Made by a program: the position numbers and the translations under genes
The notes under the pieces: model-generated
Seen by the model: only the letters and a program-made list of their open reading frames with translations
Database searches by the model: none
What the model was told of the DNA's origin: nothing
Shown here: positions 61,745-64,000 of the stretch, one piece after another
Position numbering within the stretch: position 1 is the first letter of the stretch
Layout: the number at the start of each line of letters is the position of its first letter
NCBI GenBank assembly: GCA_963769025.1
Contig: CAVYKI010000003.1
Location: 352,001 to 416,000 of the forward strand
DNA: 64,000 nucleotides
Direction of reading: 5' to 3'
Origin: an uncultured Verrucomicrobiae bacterium
Lineage (GTDB): Bacteria > Verrucomicrobiota > Verrucomicrobiia > Chthoniobacterales > Chthoniobacteraceae

Positions 61745-62847
61745 TTACTTGCTGAGGAATTCGTTTAGCGCCGACTTCGTGACGCGCCATGCGCTGCCGA
61801 TTTTCTTGCCCTTGATGTCGCCGCTTTCGAGTGACGCCGTCACGTCCGCCTCCGTCACGCCGAGCTGCTGCGCGACCTCCGCGGGGGTGAGGAGTTCCGG
61901 CAGTGCCGTTCCGGGGACCGCAGGCGGACCTCCGACGGGCGCGCCGGCAGGCGGCGGACCGGCGATGCCGGGCGTGGCCTGGCCTCCCGTGATTCCGCCG
62001 GGCTGGTTCATCATCTGCTGCGCCATCGCGAAGCCCATCGCCATCTCGGCGGCCATCCCGCCGGCGCCGCCCTGGCCGGTGGCCATGCCCTGCGCCATCT
62101 GGAATTTCACGTAGTCGTTCAGGTTCCCGACCGCGGCCATCGACGACTGCGCTTGTCGATCGCCTGCTCGACTTCCGGCGGCACGCTCACGTTCTCGAGG
62201 ATGAAGCGTGGAGAACTCGATGCCGTATTTCGGAATGGTCGCCGGGATTGATCAGCGGCAGGAGCGCGTCGCCGACTTCGCTGTAGCGCGCGGCCACGTC
62301 GAGCACGGGGATCTTCGCCTGGCGAGCGCTTCGCTGAAAAGCGAGACGATCCGCGAGCGCATGGTGTCGGCGAATTCATCGAGCCGGAAATGGTGGTCGC
62401 TGCCCGCGACTTCCTTGAGGAAAATCTTCGGCTCCACGATGCGGAAATCGAACGTGCCGAACGCGCGGATGCGGACGATGCCGAAGTCGGCGTCGCGCAT
62501 CATGACCGGGTTGCTCGTGCCCCACTTGTTGCCGGTGAAGAGGCGCGTGTTGACGTAATAGACGTCGGCCTTGAACGGCGAATTGAACCCGTATTTCCAG
62601 CCCTGCGAGCGTCGTGAGCACCGGGATGTTGTCCGTCGTCAGCGTGTGTTTGCCCGGGCCGAAAGTGTCGCCAAATTGCCCGAGATACACGAACTGCACC
62701 ATCTGCGACTCGCGCACGATGAGCTGCGCGCCGTTCTTGATTTCCTTGTCGTCGTCCGGCCAGCGGTAGCTGAGCGTGTCGCGCGAATCGTCGGTCCACT
62801 CGATGATTTCGAGCAGCTCGACCCTTGATGAAGTCCATGAGGCCCAT
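61745..62847 (-). CDS. SPFH/Band-7 (YdjI/virion-core-like) protein with C-terminal excisionase-type HTH (frameshifted)
   Basis: MGLMDFIKG; VRESQMVQFV...GPGKHTLTTDNIP; MMRDADFGIVRIRAFGTF; ENVSVPPEVEQAIDKR; ELLTPAEVAQQLGV...GDIKGKKIGSAWRV. Confidence 0.85.
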
Positions 62848-63015
62848 GTGATGTGCGTGTCCTTTCGGGAATTGTTGGTTTGGAGGAAGAGCTAGGGCGG
62901 CGAGAGTAGGACACGCCGCGGTCGGTTCAAATGGAAAGTTCCGGTCGCGGCAGACCTGCGAAACTGGCTCGCCACGGATTCCGTGTTCCGATAAGGCGGG
63001 CGCGACTTCCAATCC

Positions 63016-63390
63016 GTGAAACGTCTCCTGCTCCCCTTCGTGCTCGCCCTCTCGCCCTTGTGCATTTTCGCGCAATCCACACCGCCGCCGGCCTCCGCTC
63101 TGCCGGCGAAGGTGACGACGACCTGGGAGTTCCGGCAGCTCCTGCTCGCGACGAAATGGTCCTGGCGGAACGTGAGCGCGAACATCCCGGATCGCGAATG
63201 CGTGTTCATGGACGACGGGACGTTCCGCCATCCGAATTTCGTGGCGCGATTCACCATCAAGGACGTCGGCCTGGTGGAGCTGGTGATGAAAGGCGGGAAG
63301 ACCGCGGTGATGAAGTTCGACAAGACGTTCACGACGTTCGAGGCGCTGGACTTTGGCGGCAAGCGGCGCATCACGGGCAAGCGTCTGTAG
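63016..63390 (+). CDS. Small secreted hypothetical protein
   Basis: GTG start, signal peptide KRLLLPFVLALSPLCIFA, beta-rich lipocalin-like body (TKWSW...FMDDGTF). Confidence 0.65.
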   Translation: MKRLLLPFVLALSPLCIFAQSTPPPASALPAKVTTTWEFRQLLLATKWSWRNVSANIPDRECVFMDDGTFRHPNFVARFTIKDVGLVELVMKGGKTAVMKFDKTFTTFEALDFGGKRRITGKRL

Positions 63391-63420
63391 ATGCGGCGGC
63401 TCGCGCGGGTGCCCGAGCGT

Positions 63421-64000
63421 TCACCGCGCGGCGCGGATGTCGAAGCACGCGAGCGTCCCGTGGTAGCGGAGGTAGAGGCGGCCCGCGTGGATGACGGGAT
63501 GCGCCCACGCGTCGCGTCGCGCGGCTTCGGCAAAGCGGAAACGGCCGTGCACGGTGAACGCCGTGTCGCCGGCTTCGAGCAGCGCCATCCAGCCGTCTTC
63601 GCAAAAGGCGTAGATTCGTCCGTCGGCGAAGAGCGGCGCGCCTTTGGCAAACTCGGAACTTTCGTAACGGACTTCGCCGGTCGCGGCGTCGAGCGCGGCC
63701 CATGCGGTGCGGCCACGGTAAAAACATCCGATGAGCTTGCCGCCGGCCGGCACGACGCAGCCCTGGAGGGTGTCGAGCTTTGTGCTCCAGCCGTCCGTCA
63801 CGCCGACCGGGCCGCCGGGAGTCGCGGGTGCTTGGAGTTGGAAAAAGCGGCCGCCCTTGCCGAGCGGTGCAGTCATGAAAATCCCGCCGCCGGTGAGCAC
63901 GGGCATCATCGAGAGGACGTGATAGGTGGTGGGGAAACGGCGCGTCCACTGGAGCGCGCCGGTGTCGGCATCGACGCAATAGAGATGGCGCACGGAGGCG
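63421..64000 (-). CDS. PQQ-like/BamB-like beta-propeller protein, 5' end beyond the window
   Basis: YCVDADTGALQW, ALDAATGEV, FADGRIY, AWAHPVIHAGRLYLR. Confidence 0.85.
   Translation of the reverse strand, partial: ASVRHLYCVDADTGALQWTRRFPTTYHVLSMMPVLTGGGIFMTAPLGKGGRFFQLQAPATPGGPVGVTDGWSTKLDTLQGCVVPAGGKLIGCFYRGRTAWAALDAATGEVRYESSEFAKGAPLFADGRIYAFCEDGWMALLEAGDTAFTVHGRFRFAEAARRDAWAHPVIHAGRLYLRYHGTLACFDIRAAR

Noticed and set aside
1..64000. tRNA, rRNA, riboswitch, transposase, integrase or prophage genes
   Set aside because: None recognised by eye in intergenic gaps or ORFs. Infernal and tRNAscan would be needed to exclude small RNAs.

Overview
High-GC bacterial window, probably Verrucomicrobiota/PVC (inferred from the PVC-type CxxCH protein, BamB-like propellers and REP-like repeats). 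Several genes carry clustered 1-nt frameshifts that look like long-read consensus errors. From left to right: (1) 1-17.8 kb, an orphan biosynthetic cluster. It has a single-module highly reducing type I PKS (KS-AT-DH-MT-ER-KR-ACP), a stand-alone condensation domain, a desaturase, a lipoprotein alpha/beta hydrolase, a MacB/LolCDE-like ABC pair, a SAM methyltransferase, a LolA-like protein and a divergent AsnB-type amidotransferase. (2) 18-23 kb, a signalling island with a glycine-zipper stress protein, a small protein + KaiC-like ATPase + PAS hybrid kinase module, a hairpin element and a deleted receiver remnant. (3) 23-35.5 kb, mostly secreted or envelope proteins: RMDN-like TPR protein, amidase, subtilase with an inserted domain, GalM, CE12 esterase, lipoprotein/beta-barrel pair and a class III cyclase with Sel1 repeats. 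(4) A PgsA-like gene and a REP-flanked PVC CxxCH gene that contains in-frame palindromic insertions and low-GC garbled segments. (5) 41.5-54 kb, a Wzy-type polysaccharide locus. (6) 54-64 kb, CE15, propellers, a pseudo-receiver, trpD and an SPFH-HTH/Zn-ribbon operon interrupted by an orphan DpnA-like DNA methyltransferase. I recognised no rRNA, tRNA, CRISPR array or transposase. Family assignments come from motif recognition only; no searches were run.
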